Assembly: GCA_963707635.1 (NCBI GenBank)
Contig: OY970173.1
Span: 544,001 to 608,000, forward strand
DNA from: Candidatus Latescibacterota bacterium
GTDB taxonomy: Bacteria; Krumholzibacteriota; Krumholzibacteriia; WVZY01; JAKEHA01
Reading direction: 5' to 3'
Length of the DNA stretch: 64,000 nucleotides
Shown here: piece after piece, positions 12,752-23,127 of the stretch
How positions within the stretch are numbered: the stretch's first letter is position 1
How the letters are laid out: every line of letters begins with the position of its first letter
Notes under the pieces: model-generated
What the model was told of the DNA's origin: nothing
Databases searched by the model: none
The model's input: only the letters and a program-made list of their open reading frames with translations
Position numbers and translations under genes: made by a program

Positions 12752-13764
12752 TCGATCTCACGACTTCGTATCTGGGCCTGAAGCTCAAGAACCCGCTCGT
12801 GCATTCGGCGTCGCCGCTCTCCGAGAACGTCGATACCATGAAGCGCCTCGAGGACGCGGGTTCGTCCGCTATCGTGATGCACTCGCTCTTCGAAGAACAG
12901 ATCACGCACGAGAGCCGCCAGCTGGACCACTATCTGAGCTACGGCACCGAGAGCCAGGCGGAAGCGCGCTCGTACTTTCCGGAGGCGAACAGCTACCGGG
13001 TGGGGCCGGACGGATACCTGGAGAAGATTCGCCTGGCGAAGGCCGCGCTCGCCATCCCGGTGATCGGAAGCTTGAACGGCGTGTCGCGCGGGGGGTGGGT
13101 CGAGTACGCGCGTCTAATCCAGCAGGCGGGAGCCGACGCGCTCGAGCTCAACATCTACATGATTCCAACCGACCCGGAGATGTCAGGCCCGGAAGTGGAG
13201 CAGTTGTACGTCGACACGGTCGCGGCCGTCCGCGCCGAGGTGACGATTCCGCTAGCGGTGAAGGTATCGCCGTACTTCTCGGCGATGGCGAACATGGCGA
13301 AGCGCCTGGAGGCTGCCGGCGCCGACGGGCTCGTACTGTTCAATCGCTTCTACCAGCCGGACTTCGACCTGGAGGCTCTGGAGGTCGTCCCGCACCTGGT
13401 GTTGAGCACGTCCTGGGAGATGCGCCTCCCGCTGCGCTGGGTGGCGATCCTGTACGGGCGCGTCGACGTCGATTTCGCGATCACCAGCGGCGTGCATTCG
13501 CACGAGGACGTGATCAAGGGCGTGATGGCGGGTGCCAGTGCGACCATGATGACCTCCGCCGTTCTCCAGAACGGCGTTTCCCACGTGCGGGTCGTGGTGG
13601 ACGGGCTCGCGCGCTGGATGAAAGAAAGAGAATACGCTTCGATCGCGCAGATGCGCGGAAGCATGAGCCAGAAGCACGTCAAGGAACCGGCGGCGTTCGA
13701 GCGCGCGAACTACATGAAGATGCTGCATTCGTGGCAGTCGGATCCAACCGGATTCCTCCCCTAA
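12748..13764 (+). CDS. Dihydroorotate dehydrogenase-like flavoprotein (nifJ-associated type)
   Basis: [40 protein letters not shown] overlap with nifJ. Confidence 0.9.
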
Positions 13765-13770
13765 GGAGCA

Positions 13771-15444
13771 ATGACCATGAACAGACGCTCTCCCGGCGCG
13801 CGTACCCGCGCCACCGACTTTCCCCGCGGCGTCGACCTTTTGCACGACCCGCTCCTCAACAAGGGAACCGCCTTCACCGAGGCGGAGCGCGACGCGCTGG
13901 GGCTGCGCGGCCTGTTGCCGTCGCGCCCGGCGACGATGGTGGAGCAGGTGGAGCGCGTGATGTCGAACTATCGGGCGAAACCCAACGACCTCGAGAAGTA
14001 CATCTACCTCACCTCGCTCCACGATCGCAACGAGACTCTCTTCTACCGGGTGGTGGTCGATCATATCGACGAGCTGATGCCGGTCATCTATACCCCGACG
14101 GTCGGCAAGGCGTGCCAGGTCTACGGGCAAATATTTCGCCGCGCGCGCGGTCTGTTCATCACCGCCGACGACCGGGGCCGGGTGCGCCGGGTGCTGGACA
14201 ACTGGCCGCACGAGAACGTGCGCGCGATTGTCGTCACCGACGGGGAGCGCATCCTCGGTTTGGGAGACCTGGGGGCGAACGGGATGGGGATTCCCGTCGG
14301 AAAACTTTCGCTCTACACGGCGTGCGCCGGCGTGCACCCGGCGATCACGCTGCCGGTGACGATCGACGTCGGCACCGACAACGTGTCTCTGCTCGAGGGA
14401 CCGCTGTACCTCGGGCTGCGCCGGCGGCGCCTGCGCGGCCCCGACTACGACGCGCTGATCGGCGAGTTCGTGGACGCGGCCAACGCGCGCTGGCCGGGCG
14501 TGCTCATCCAGTTCGAGGACTTCGGGAACCAGAACGCGTTCCGTCTGCTCGCGGCATACCGCGAGCGGGTATGCACGTTCAACGACGACATCCAGGGGAC
14601 CGCCGCGGTGACGCTGGCGGGGCTGTTTTCGGCCATGCGCAGCACCGGCGGCGATCTGCGCCGGCAGCGATTCCTGTTTCTGGGCGCGGGAGAGGCGGGG
14701 GTTGGAATCGCGGACCTCATCGTTTCGACCCTGGTCGATCTGGGGCTGCCCAAAGACGAGGCGCGGCGCGCGTGCTGGCTCGTCGACTCGAAGGGACTCG
14801 TGGTGGCCAGCCGGACGGACCTCGCCGAACACAAGCGGCACTACGCCCACGACGCGCCGGGCGCGGCCGACCTGCTGTCCGCGATTCACGCGGTCAACCC
14901 CACTGCGCTCATCGGAGTCAGCGGCCAGCCGGGGACCTTCACGCGCCCCGTGCTGGAGAAGATGGCCGAGATCAATCCGCGGCCGATCGTCTTCGCCCTC
15001 TCCAACCCGACCGCGAATTCGGAGTGCACGGCGGAGGAAGCCTACACGTGGACGAAAGGACGGGTGCTGTTTGCGAGCGGGAGCCCGTTCCCGACCGTCG
15101 CCCTGGAGGGCAAGCGGTACGAACCGGGCCAGGCCAACAACGCCTACGTGTTCCCGGGGCTGGCGCTGGGCGTGATCGTGAGCCACGCGAGCCGAGTCAC
15201 CGACGAGATGTTCGCAGCGGCCGCGCGCACGCTGGCCGACACGGTGTCGAAAGACGCGCTCGCGTCCGGGCTGCTCTTCCCGCCGCTGTCGTCGATCCGC
15301 GAGGTGTCGGTGAAGATCGCCAGCGCGGTGGCGCGGGTGGCGATCGAACGCGGGCTCTCGACCACGCCGCCGGCGGCGGCCGAGCGCATGGAGCTGCTCA
15401 TCCGGGCGCAGATGTTCGAACCGGTGTATCAGAGCTATGTTTGA
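13771..15444 (+). CDS. maeA: NAD-dependent malic enzyme
   Basis: NKGTAFT, VTDGERILGLGDLG, FNDDIQGT, GAGEAG, LSNPT, GQANNAY. Confidence 0.93.
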   Translation: MTMNRRSPGARTRATDFPRGVDLLHDPLLNKGTAFTEAERDALGLRGLLPSRPATMVEQVERVMSNYRAKPNDLEKYIYLTSLHDRNETLFYRVVVDHIDELMPVIYTPTVGKACQVYGQIFRRARGLFITADDRGRVRRVLDNWPHENVRAIVVTDGERILGLGDLGANGMGIPVGKLSLYTACAGVHPAITLPVTIDVGTDNVSLLEGPLYLGLRRRRLRGPDYDALIGEFVDAANARWPGVLIQFEDFGNQNAFRLLAAYRERVCTFNDDIQGTAAVTLAGLFSAMRSTGGDLRRQRFLFLGAGEAGVGIADLIVSTLVDLGLPKDEARRACWLVDSKGLVVASRTDLAEHKRHYAHDAPGAADLLSAIHAVNPTALIGVSGQPGTFTRPVLEKMAEINPRPIVFALSNPTANSECTAEEAYTWTKGRVLFASGSPFPTVALEGKRYEPGQANNAYVFPGLALGVIVSHASRVTDEMFAAAARTLADTVSKDALASGLLFPPLSSIREVSVKIASAVARVAIERGLSTTPPAAAERMELLIRAQMFEPVYQSYV

Positions 15445-15562
15445 TGAACTTCGCGGGTCCTGTCGCCGACAGCCCGGGGCGGCTCGCTTCGTCCGCGCCT
15501 ACGCACTAGACTCGCTCACCGGCCCGGGCGCCCGCCGGCGCCACCCGCGAGTGCTCGCAAAA

Positions 15563-15580
15563 ATGATGCAAATGCATCAT
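15563..15580. promoter_or_regulatory. Perfect palindrome ATGATGCA-AA-TGCATCAT, candidate operator
   Basis: 8-bp arms in the intergenic region upstream of the PAS-LuxR gene. Confidence 0.5.
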
Positions 15581-15772
15581 GGCAAGAGCCTGACTTTCGG
15601 GCCATGCTTGGGACACCTCACCAAGGCTCGCATCAACGCGGCCGATCTCGATCTGGACGTCAATTTCTAGACACCGATCGGGATTCCAGCGTGTACGGCG
15701 CCGGGTCAATCTTCCTAGCGGACCGGCGCCGTCCGCGCTTTTTTGTGCTATTATCGCCGTGGCCGCCGCTCC

Positions 15773-16438
15773 ATGGCGAACACCCCACCCGATAGTGCCC
15801 CCGGCGCCGAGGGATCCTCCCAGGTTCCGTCCTGGGTGCACTCGATGGCGCTCCCGGTCTGGATCACCGACGCGCACGGGACCATCTCCTACATGAACAC
15901 GCGCGCCGAAGCGCTCTTCGGCCACACGTTTCTCGAGTGGTCGGGGAAAGCGTGCCACGCGTGCGTTCGCGGCCGGACTCAAGGCGGTGCATTCTGCTGC
16001 CCGCGGTGTCGCGCCCGCCAGGACGCGGACGAGGGCCGCGAAATCGGGCCCATCCGAATGCACGTGTCTTCGACGCCCGAACCCCGCGACGTGGACATCG
16101 TGATCATCGCCGTGGAGGGCGCCGGCGGCCCACTGCTCGTGCACTGCGTGCTCGACGACGAGCGGGAGCGCCGCCTGCAACGGTTTCTCACCGGCGTCAT
16201 GCACCGAAGCGAGCGCCCCGGGGCGGCGCGGGTATTGCGCGACGCCGCGCTGACGCAGCGGGAGCAGGAGATTCTGTCGCTGATCGCCGCGGACCGGACT
16301 CTCCGTCAGATCGCGGATGAACTGTCCATCAGCTACGCGACGGTGCGAAACCACGTGGCGCACATTCTCCCCAAACTCGGCGTGCACTCCATCCTGGAGG
16401 CCGCGGCCGTGTGGTTGCTGCGGTACGAGAGGCGCTGA
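15773..16438 (+). CDS. PAS-domain LuxR-family transcriptional regulator
   Basis: PVWITDAHGTISYMNTRAEALFG (PAS) with Cys cluster CHAC...CCPRC; C-terminal LTQREQEIL...IADELSISYATVRNH HTH. Confidence 0.88.
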   Translation: MANTPPDSAPGAEGSSQVPSWVHSMALPVWITDAHGTISYMNTRAEALFGHTFLEWSGKACHACVRGRTQGGAFCCPRCRARQDADEGREIGPIRMHVSSTPEPRDVDIVIIAVEGAGGPLLVHCVLDDERERRLQRFLTGVMHRSERPGAARVLRDAALTQREQEILSLIAADRTLRQIADELSISYATVRNHVAHILPKLGVHSILEAAAVWLLRYERR

Positions 16439-16522
16439 ACCGACGACACAAGGCATCCGCCCGAGGTTGATCGCCCCCGGCGCTTCGACTACACTTCGCG
16501 TTTGCCTGCTTCCGGAGGTTTC

Positions 16523-17569
16523 ATGACCCCCAATCGCCTGCTGGCATCGGCGCGGGTGGCCGCGGCGCTCCTCGTCCTCGGGGGATGCGGCTGCAACCGC
16601 GGTCCGGGCACCGTGTCCTCCGTCATTCGCGTCGGCTACTTCGCGAATCTCACCCACGCGCAGGCGCTCGTCGGCCTGGCCGAGGGCGACTTCGCGCGCG
16701 CTCTCGGTGCGCGCGCCACCATCGAGACCACGGTGTTCAACGCGGGACCGTCGGTGGTCGAGGCGATCTTCGCGAAGCAGATCGACCTTGCCTACATCGG
16801 CCCCAACCCCGCGATCAACGGGTTCGTGCAATCCCACGGCGAGGCGCTTCGGATCGTGGCGGGCGCCACCAGCGGCGGCGCCGCTTTCGTCGTTCGCCCC
16901 GACGCGCGCATCGCCGAGCCGGCCGACCTGGCGGGGAAGCGCATCGCCACGCCCCAGCTCGGCAACACCCAGGACGTGGCGCTGCGCGCGTACCTGGCGT
17001 CGCACGGACTCAAGACCCGGGAGAAAGGCGGCGACGTCGAGGTGATCCCGACCTCGAACGCCCAGATCATCGATTTCGTGAAGCAGGGGCAGATCGACGG
17101 CGCGTGGGTTCCGGAACCGTGGGCAAGCCGTCTGGTGATGGAAGCGGGCTGCACCGTGCTGGTCGACGAGCGCGACCTCTGGCCCGGTGGCGATTTCGTC
17201 ACGGCGCACGTGGTCGTGCGCAAGGCGTACCTCGACGCGCACCGCGACGTCGTCAAAGCCTGGATCGACGCGCACGTGGCGGTGACGCAGCGGCTCCTCG
17301 CCGAACCGGTCGCGGCGCAGTCGGTGCTCAACCGCGAGATCGAGCGGCTCACCGGCAAGTCGATCCCGCCGGAGGTGCTGACGCGGGCGTGGTCGTCCAT
17401 GCGCCCGACGTGGGACCCGATCGCGCCGTCGCTGTTCGCGTGCGCGACCGCCGCACGGGCCGCGGGGTTTCTCGATGAAGACGCCAGCCTCGCCGGCATC
17501 TATGACCTTTCACTCCTGAACGACGTGCTGCGCGGGAAGGGACTGCCCGAAGTCCCGGCCCCGCAATAA
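16523..17569 (+). CDS. SsuA/TauA-like ABC transporter substrate-binding lipoprotein
   Basis: RVGYFANLTHAQA, FNAGP, YIGPNPAIN, ATPQLGNTQDV, WVPEPW. Confidence 0.88.
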   Translation: MTPNRLLASARVAAALLVLGGCGCNRGPGTVSSVIRVGYFANLTHAQALVGLAEGDFARALGARATIETTVFNAGPSVVEAIFAKQIDLAYIGPNPAINGFVQSHGEALRIVAGATSGGAAFVVRPDARIAEPADLAGKRIATPQLGNTQDVALRAYLASHGLKTREKGGDVEVIPTSNAQIIDFVKQGQIDGAWVPEPWASRLVMEAGCTVLVDERDLWPGGDFVTAHVVVRKAYLDAHRDVVKAWIDAHVAVTQRLLAEPVAAQSVLNREIERLTGKSIPPEVLTRAWSSMRPTWDPIAPSLFACATAARAAGFLDEDASLAGIYDLSLLNDVLRGKGLPEVPAPQ

Positions 17570-17578
17570 CGGATCCGC

Positions 17579-18352
17579 ATGCAGCTCGAGCTCCGTGGAG
17601 TCAAACGTACTTTCGACGCGCGCGACGGCAACACCGTCTCCGCGCTCGAACGGATCGACCTGGTGGTGCGCGCCGGCGAATTCGTGTGCGTGATCGGTCC
17701 GTCGGGGTGCGGAAAGACCACGCTGCTCAATCTCCTGGCCGGTCTCGATTCGCCCAGCGAGGGCGAAGTATTCGCGGGTGGCGAGCTCGTCCGCGGCACC
17801 GACCCGACCCGCGTCCTCATCTTCCAGGAAGCGTCGCTCTTCCCATGGCTCAGCGTGCAAGCCAACGTCGAGTTCGGCCTGCGTATGCGCGGGATGCCGC
17901 GCGAAGAACGCGAGGCGGTCACGAAACGGCTTCTCGAGATGGTCCACCTCACGCAGTTTGCCCACGCGTTCGTCCACGAGCTCTCCGGGGGAATGAAGCA
18001 GCGCGTCGCGATCGCGCGCGCGCTCGCGGTCGATCCGAAGGTGCTGCTGCTCGACGAGCCGTTCGGCGCGCTCGACGCGATGACGCGCGACATCCTGCAC
18101 ACCGAGCTCCAGGACGTGTGGATGCGCACGAAGAAGACCATCGTGTTCGTGACCCACAACGTGCGCGAAGCGGTGGTCCTCGGCGACCGCGTGCTGGTGA
18201 TGTCGCCGCGGCCGGGGCGTCTCGTTTCGGAACACGTGATCGACCTCCCGCGCCCGCGCCGGATCGACGACGACGCGACCGTGCGCCTGGCGCGGCGCAT
18301 TTCGGCCGACCTGACCCTCGCCCCGAGGACGGATGATGCGCCCGCCCGGTAG
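17579..18352 (+). CDS. SsuB/TauB-like ABC transporter ATPase
   Basis: Walker A GPSGCGKTT, LSGGMKQR, LLDEPFGALD. Confidence 0.92.
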   Translation: MQLELRGVKRTFDARDGNTVSALERIDLVVRAGEFVCVIGPSGCGKTTLLNLLAGLDSPSEGEVFAGGELVRGTDPTRVLIFQEASLFPWLSVQANVEFGLRMRGMPREEREAVTKRLLEMVHLTQFAHAFVHELSGGMKQRVAIARALAVDPKVLLLDEPFGALDAMTRDILHTELQDVWMRTKKTIVFVTHNVREAVVLGDRVLVMSPRPGRLVSEHVIDLPRPRRIDDDATVRLARRISADLTLAPRTDDAPAR

Positions 18353-19121
18353 CAGCCCCGTGCAACCGCACCGCCGCTGGGCGGTGCGCGTGGTGTTCTT
18401 CGCGGGCGTGATCGCCGCGTGGGAGATGCTCGCCCGCGCGCAGCTGTGGCCGGATTATCTGTTTCCGTCCGCCTCGCGCGTGCTGGGAGCACTCGTGCAC
18501 GGCTTCGCAGACCGGTCGTACCCGATCGGGATCGCGGGGAGCGTCTGGCGACTCGTGCAGGGCTACGCGATCGCGCTGGCCGGTGGTCTTGTGCTGGGCA
18601 TGCTGATGGCCCAGATCCGCTGGCTCAAGGACACGGTGGGGCTGCTGGTAATGGGACTCCAGGCGCTCCCCAGCATCTGCTGGCTGCCGCTCGCGATCCT
18701 GTGGTTCGGGCTCAACGAGCACGCGATCCTGTTCGTGGTGATCATGGGCGCGGTCATGTCGATCGCGCAATCGACCGAGGACGGCGTGCGCAACACCCCA
18801 CCCGTGTACCTGCGCGCTGCCCGGAATCTCGGCGCCGTGGGCCCGCGCCTGTACACCGCGGTCATCTTCCCCGCGGCGCTGCCGTCGATCGTGACCGGGA
18901 TGAAAATGGGCTGGGCGTTCGCGTGGCGGTCGCTGATGGCGGGCGAGCTGCTCTACACGCTACCCGGGCTGGGAAACCTGCTGAACATGGGGCGCGAGTT
19001 GAACGACATGGCGCAGGTGGTGGCGGTGATTCTGGTGATCGTCACGATAGGCCTCGTCGCGGACAAGGTGGTGTTCGGCAACATCGAGAAGCGCGTGCGC
19101 GGGCGCTGGGGACTGCACTAG
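18333..19121 (+). CDS. SsuC/TauC-like ABC transporter permease
   Basis: LQALPSICWLPLAILWFG, RAARNLGA loop, WRSLMAGE. Confidence 0.9.
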   Translation: MMRPPGSSPVQPHRRWAVRVVFFAGVIAAWEMLARAQLWPDYLFPSASRVLGALVHGFADRSYPIGIAGSVWRLVQGYAIALAGGLVLGMLMAQIRWLKDTVGLLVMGLQALPSICWLPLAILWFGLNEHAILFVVIMGAVMSIAQSTEDGVRNTPPVYLRAARNLGAVGPRLYTAVIFPAALPSIVTGMKMGWAFAWRSLMAGELLYTLPGLGNLLNMGRELNDMAQVVAVILVIVTIGLVADKVVFGNIEKRVRGRWGLH

Positions 19122-19251
19122 TCGTTGTCACGCGACGGGAGGGCTCACCACGCCGCGATCAACAACGCCGCGGGTGGCATCGAGACGGGGTTCCCCGCGG
19201 GGCGAAGCCCGCGGGGTGGCGAGATGACAGGACCCGCGGGGCCGACAAACA

Positions 19252-20250
19252 TCACGAGAGCGTCGCCACCAACAGCGCCTTGATCGTGTGCATGCGGTTC
19301 TCCGCTTCGTCGAACACGATCGAGGACGCCGACTCGAACACATCTTCGGTGACTTCGAGCCCGTTCATCTTGTACTTCTTGAACAACTCCTCGCCCTTGG
19401 TGGTCTCGCGATTGTGGAACGCGGGCAGGCAGTGCATGAATTTGACGGCGGGGTTGCCGGTCGCCTTCATCAGGCTCGCGTTGACCTGGTAGGGCTTGAG
19501 CAGCTTGATGCGCGCGGCCCACTTTTCCGCCGGCTCCCCGAGCGAGACCCACACGTCGGTATAGACGAAGTCCACGCCCTTGACGGCCTTCTTTGGGTCG
19601 GTGGTGACGAGCGTGCGCGCGCCGGAACGCTTCGCCAGCGCCTTCGCGCGCGCGACCACCTTCGCCACCGGCTGGAGCGATTTCGGCCCGCAGATGCGCA
19701 CGTCCATGCCCATGAGCGCGCCGGCGAGCAGGAGCGAGTTCGCCATGTTGTTGCGCGCGTCGCCGATGTAGCAGAAGGACGTCTTGGACAGCGGGCGCTT
19801 GCCGTGCTCTTCCATCGTCATTAGAGCGGCCAGCATCTGGGTCGGGTGGGAATCGTCGGTGAGTCCATTGTAGACGGGGACGCCGGCGTGCGCCGCCAGC
19901 TCTTCCACCACCGACTGCGCGTACCCGCGATACTCGATGGCGTCGTACATGCGCCCGAGCACGCGCGCGGTATCCTTGATCGATTCCTTGTGGCCGATCT
20001 GGGATCCGGAGGGGTCGAGGTAGGTGACGCCCATGCCGAGGTCGTACGCGGCCACTTCGAACGCGCAGCGAGTGCGCGTCGACGTCTTCTCGAAGATCAG
20101 TACGATGTTTCTCCCGCGCAGGCGGGGCGCGTAGGTGCCCTCGGCCTTCTCGCGCTTGAGCTGTTTCGAAAGGTCGAGCAGGTAGCGGACTTCCTCGGGC
20201 GTGTAGTCCGCCAGCTCGAGTAGATGTTTCTGCCGGAGATTCGTCTTCAT
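19252..20250 (-). CDS. argF: Ornithine carbamoyltransferase (ArgF/ArcB)
   Basis: [33 protein letters not shown]. Confidence 0.95.
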   Translation of the reverse strand: MKTNLRQKHLLELADYTPEEVRYLLDLSKQLKREKAEGTYAPRLRGRNIVLIFEKTSTRTRCAFEVAAYDLGMGVTYLDPSGSQIGHKESIKDTARVLGRMYDAIEYRGYAQSVVEELAAHAGVPVYNGLTDDSHPTQMLAALMTMEEHGKRPLSKTSFCYIGDARNNMANSLLLAGALMGMDVRICGPKSLQPVAKVVARAKALAKRSGARTLVTTDPKKAVKGVDFVYTDVWVSLGEPAEKWAARIKLLKPYQVNASLMKATGNPAVKFMHCLPAFHNRETTKGEELFKKYKMNGLEVTEDVFESASSIVFDEAENRMHTIKALLVATLS

Positions 20251-20266
20251 ATCACTCCAAACACCT

Positions 20267-21658
20267 CTATGCCGACTCCCGCTTCAGCCACACGTAGACG
20301 GGAATGCCGAGCAAGAGTAGCACGAAACCGTACAACACCGTCTCGGGGCCCGATCCGTACGTGGCCCACACCGAATATAGAAATGCGAGCACCGGCACGA
20401 CCGCGCTGCGCCACGTGAGACGCGCCGGCTCACCATTGGCCCCGGCGCGCGACGGGAGGGCTCCCGCTTGCGGGAAACCCGGCGCGCGCGGGCCGCTGTC
20501 ACGAAGCAGCAGCGGCACCAAGGCGGAGAACGCGTACGGCACCAGGTTCGCCAGCGTGGCGAGCAGGATGATGAAGTTGAAGATGCCGATGAGCCCCTTC
20601 GACCCGGAATAATTGAACACGATCAGCGCGGTCATCAGGCACGCGGACGAAATAATCCCGAACGCGGGCGCGCCGAAGCGGTTCACGGAGCCGAAACGGC
20701 GGGGGAACAGGCCCTCGCGCGCGGCGGCGGCCGGCAACTGTCCCGTGAGCAGCATCCATCCGTTGAGCGCGCCGAAACACGACACCACCGCGCCGAATCC
20801 CACCGCGTACGAGGCCCACCCGCCCCAGATCGAGCCGGCCGCGTCGGCGAACGGAGCGCCCGACGTGGCGAGCTTTTCGCGCGACATGATCCCCATGACC
20901 GCGACCGTCCCGAGAATGTAGACCACGGTGGTGAGCAGGGTCCCGATCACGGTGGCGCGCGGAATGGTGCGCTGGGGTTCGTGCACGTCGTCGGCCGGTA
21001 CGGTGGCGGATTCGAGTCCTAGGAACGACCACAGCGTCAGCGTCGCGACGGCCGACACCGCGGCGAACGGGCTCTGCCCCGAGGCGTTGAAGGGCGTGAA
21101 ATGCTCCGGCTTCACCCAGAACAGCCCCACCGTGGCGAGGGCGAGGAGCGGGATCAACTTGACGATCGTGGTCGCGTTCTGCACGCGGCCTGCGGAACGG
21201 ACGCCGCGCACGTTCACGGCCGCCAGCAACCACACGATGCCGATACAGGCCAGCGCCGGCGCCATCCCGCTGCCTCCCAGCGACGGGAAGAACACGCCGG
21301 CGTAGCTCACGCACGCGACCGCGATCGCGGTATTGCCCGACCAGAGCGCGATCCAGTAGCCCCACGCGATCCAGAACGCGGCGAAGTCGCCGAACCCGGC
21401 GCGCGTGTACGCGAATGGGCCGCCCGCTTTCGGGATCATCGTGGCCAGACGCGCGAACACGAGGGCCAGGCAAATCGCGCCCGCGGCCGTGAACACCCAA
21501 CCCACCAGAGAGATTGCGCCGAAGGGGGCGAGCGAGGCGGGCAAGAGAAAGATGCCTGAGCCGATCATGTTGCCGACCACGAGCGCGACGCAGGACCACA
21601 GACCGAGCTTCCTGATTCCTGGCGCGCGCCCGTTGGGGGAGGCGGGACGGGAACTCAC
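20267..21658 (-). CDS. APC-family amino acid permease (ArcD/PotE-like antiporter)
   Basis: [21 protein letters not shown], multiple TM helices; GTG start overlaps the upstream TGA. Confidence 0.88.
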   Translation of the reverse strand: MSSRPASPNGRAPGIRKLGLWSCVALVVGNMIGSGIFLLPASLAPFGAISLVGWVFTAAGAICLALVFARLATMIPKAGGPFAYTRAGFGDFAAFWIAWGYWIALWSGNTAIAVACVSYAGVFFPSLGGSGMAPALACIGIVWLLAAVNVRGVRSAGRVQNATTIVKLIPLLALATVGLFWVKPEHFTPFNASGQSPFAAVSAVATLTLWSFLGLESATVPADDVHEPQRTIPRATVIGTLLTTVVYILGTVAVMGIMSREKLATSGAPFADAAGSIWGGWASYAVGFGAVVSCFGALNGWMLLTGQLPAAAAREGLFPRRFGSVNRFGAPAFGIISSACLMTALIVFNYSGSKGLIGIFNFIILLATLANLVPYAFSALVPLLLRDSGPRAPGFPQAGALPSRAGANGEPARLTWRSAVVPVLAFLYSVWATYGSGPETVLYGFVLLLLGIPVYVWLKRESA

Positions 21659-23013
21659 TTCAAGCGCACCGTCTGTTTGTGTTCGGGGATCTCCGCCTGC
21701 CAGGCCAGCCGGCGCTCGATGTGTTTGCGAAACGCGTCCGCGGCAGCCGGTTCTCCGTGGGTGAGGAACACGCGTTTGGGCTTTTCCTGCACGCTGCCCA
21801 GCCACTCGATCAGCTCGAGGTAATCGCCGTGCGCCGACATCGAGGTCAACTCCACGACCTCGGCCCGCACCGGCACGAACTCTCCGAAGATCTTCAACTC
21901 CTTGGCGCCATTCTGAAGCGCCTCGCCGCGCGTGCCGGGTGCCTGGAATCCGGCCAGCAGAACCGTATTGCGCGGGTCGGGCAGGAGGGTGCGCAGGTGA
22001 TGAACGACGCGCCCGCCCGTCGCCATGCCGCTGCCCGCGATGATGACCGCCGGCGTGCCGGTCGCGTTGAGCGCGCGCGAGGCCTCTTCGCTCTTGATGA
22101 ATTCGGCCACGCGGAACATCTCGCGGCAGGCCGCTACGCTCAACTTGTGCTCGGTGGAATACTCGCTGTAGATCTCCGTGGCGTCGATGGCGAGCGGGCT
22201 GTTGAGATACACCGGGACGTCCGGGATCGCATGCGCCTTGCGCAGCTCCGAAATGAAATGCAGGAGCGCCTGCGTTCGTCCGACCGCGAACGCGGGAATC
22301 ACCAGTGTGCCGCCGCGCTTCACCGTGCGCGTGATGACGGCCGCCAGCTCCTGGGCCGGGTCGGTCTCGGGGTGGAGGCGGTTGCCGTAGGTGGATTCGC
22401 ACACCAGCGTGTCGGCGTGCGTGATACCCACCGGAGGCTTCATGACCGGGTCGTTCATCCGGCCCACGTCGCCCGAGAAGACAACGCGGTACCCGTCGTG
22501 CACGAACGCGACCCAGGCCGAGCCGAGGATGTGCCCGACGGGGGTGTACCGGAAGGTCACGCCGTCGCCGAGGTCGACGTCGGTGCCGAACGGCCGGGGC
22601 TGGAGCAACTTCACGCACGCTTCCGCGTCTTCACGCGTATAGAGCGGAAGGGCCGGGTCGTGGCGCGCGTACTTGTGCCGCGTCAGGTAGCGGGCCTCTT
22701 CCTCCTGCAGGTGGCCGGAGTCGGGAAGGAGGATTTCGCACAGGGCGCGAGTGCCCGCTGTGCAGTACACCGGACCCTTGTAGCCGCGCTTGACCAGTAC
22801 CGGGAGGTAGCCGGTGTGGTCGATGTGCGCGTGCGTGAGGACAATCGCGTCGATCCTGCCGAGGTCGAACGGCGGGTCCTCCCAGTTGCGCTGGCGGAGG
22901 TTCTTCAAGCCCTGAAACAGGCCGCAGTCGACGAGGATGTTCTTCTTGCCGATCGAGAGCAGGTACTTGGAGCCGGTCACGGTGCCGGCCGCGCCGTAGA
23001 AGGAGATGAACAT
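21655..23013 (-). CDS. Beta-CASP metallo-beta-lactamase ribonuclease (YSH1-like)
   Basis: GAAGTVTGS, THAHIDH, GHILGS, ESTYGNR, SGMATGGR, SAHGD, THGE. Confidence 0.93.
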   Translation of the reverse strand: MFISFYGAAGTVTGSKYLLSIGKKNILVDCGLFQGLKNLRQRNWEDPPFDLGRIDAIVLTHAHIDHTGYLPVLVKRGYKGPVYCTAGTRALCEILLPDSGHLQEEEARYLTRHKYARHDPALPLYTREDAEACVKLLQPRPFGTDVDLGDGVTFRYTPVGHILGSAWVAFVHDGYRVVFSGDVGRMNDPVMKPPVGITHADTLVCESTYGNRLHPETDPAQELAAVITRTVKRGGTLVIPAFAVGRTQALLHFISELRKAHAIPDVPVYLNSPLAIDATEIYSEYSTEHKLSVAACREMFRVAEFIKSEEASRALNATGTPAVIIAGSGMATGGRVVHHLRTLLPDPRNTVLLAGFQAPGTRGEALQNGAKELKIFGEFVPVRAEVVELTSMSAHGDYLELIEWLGSVQEKPKRVFLTHGEPAAADAFRKHIERRLAWQAEIPEHKQTVRLK

Positions 23014-23127
23014 GCCGGCATTCTACGCGGTTTGTCGGCAACGCTCAAGGCAGCGTTGCGCCGGGGGCGTGCACCCTCTAGAATGAGGCGCCCAGCTGGT
23101 CGTTGACCTTGCGAAGAGAGGAAGAAC

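Noticed and set aside
19192..19217. GC hairpin CCCCGCGGG-GCGAAG-CCCGCGGGG between convergent operons
   Set aside because: No U-tract and no second copy seen; probably an ordinary 3' stabilising or terminating stem
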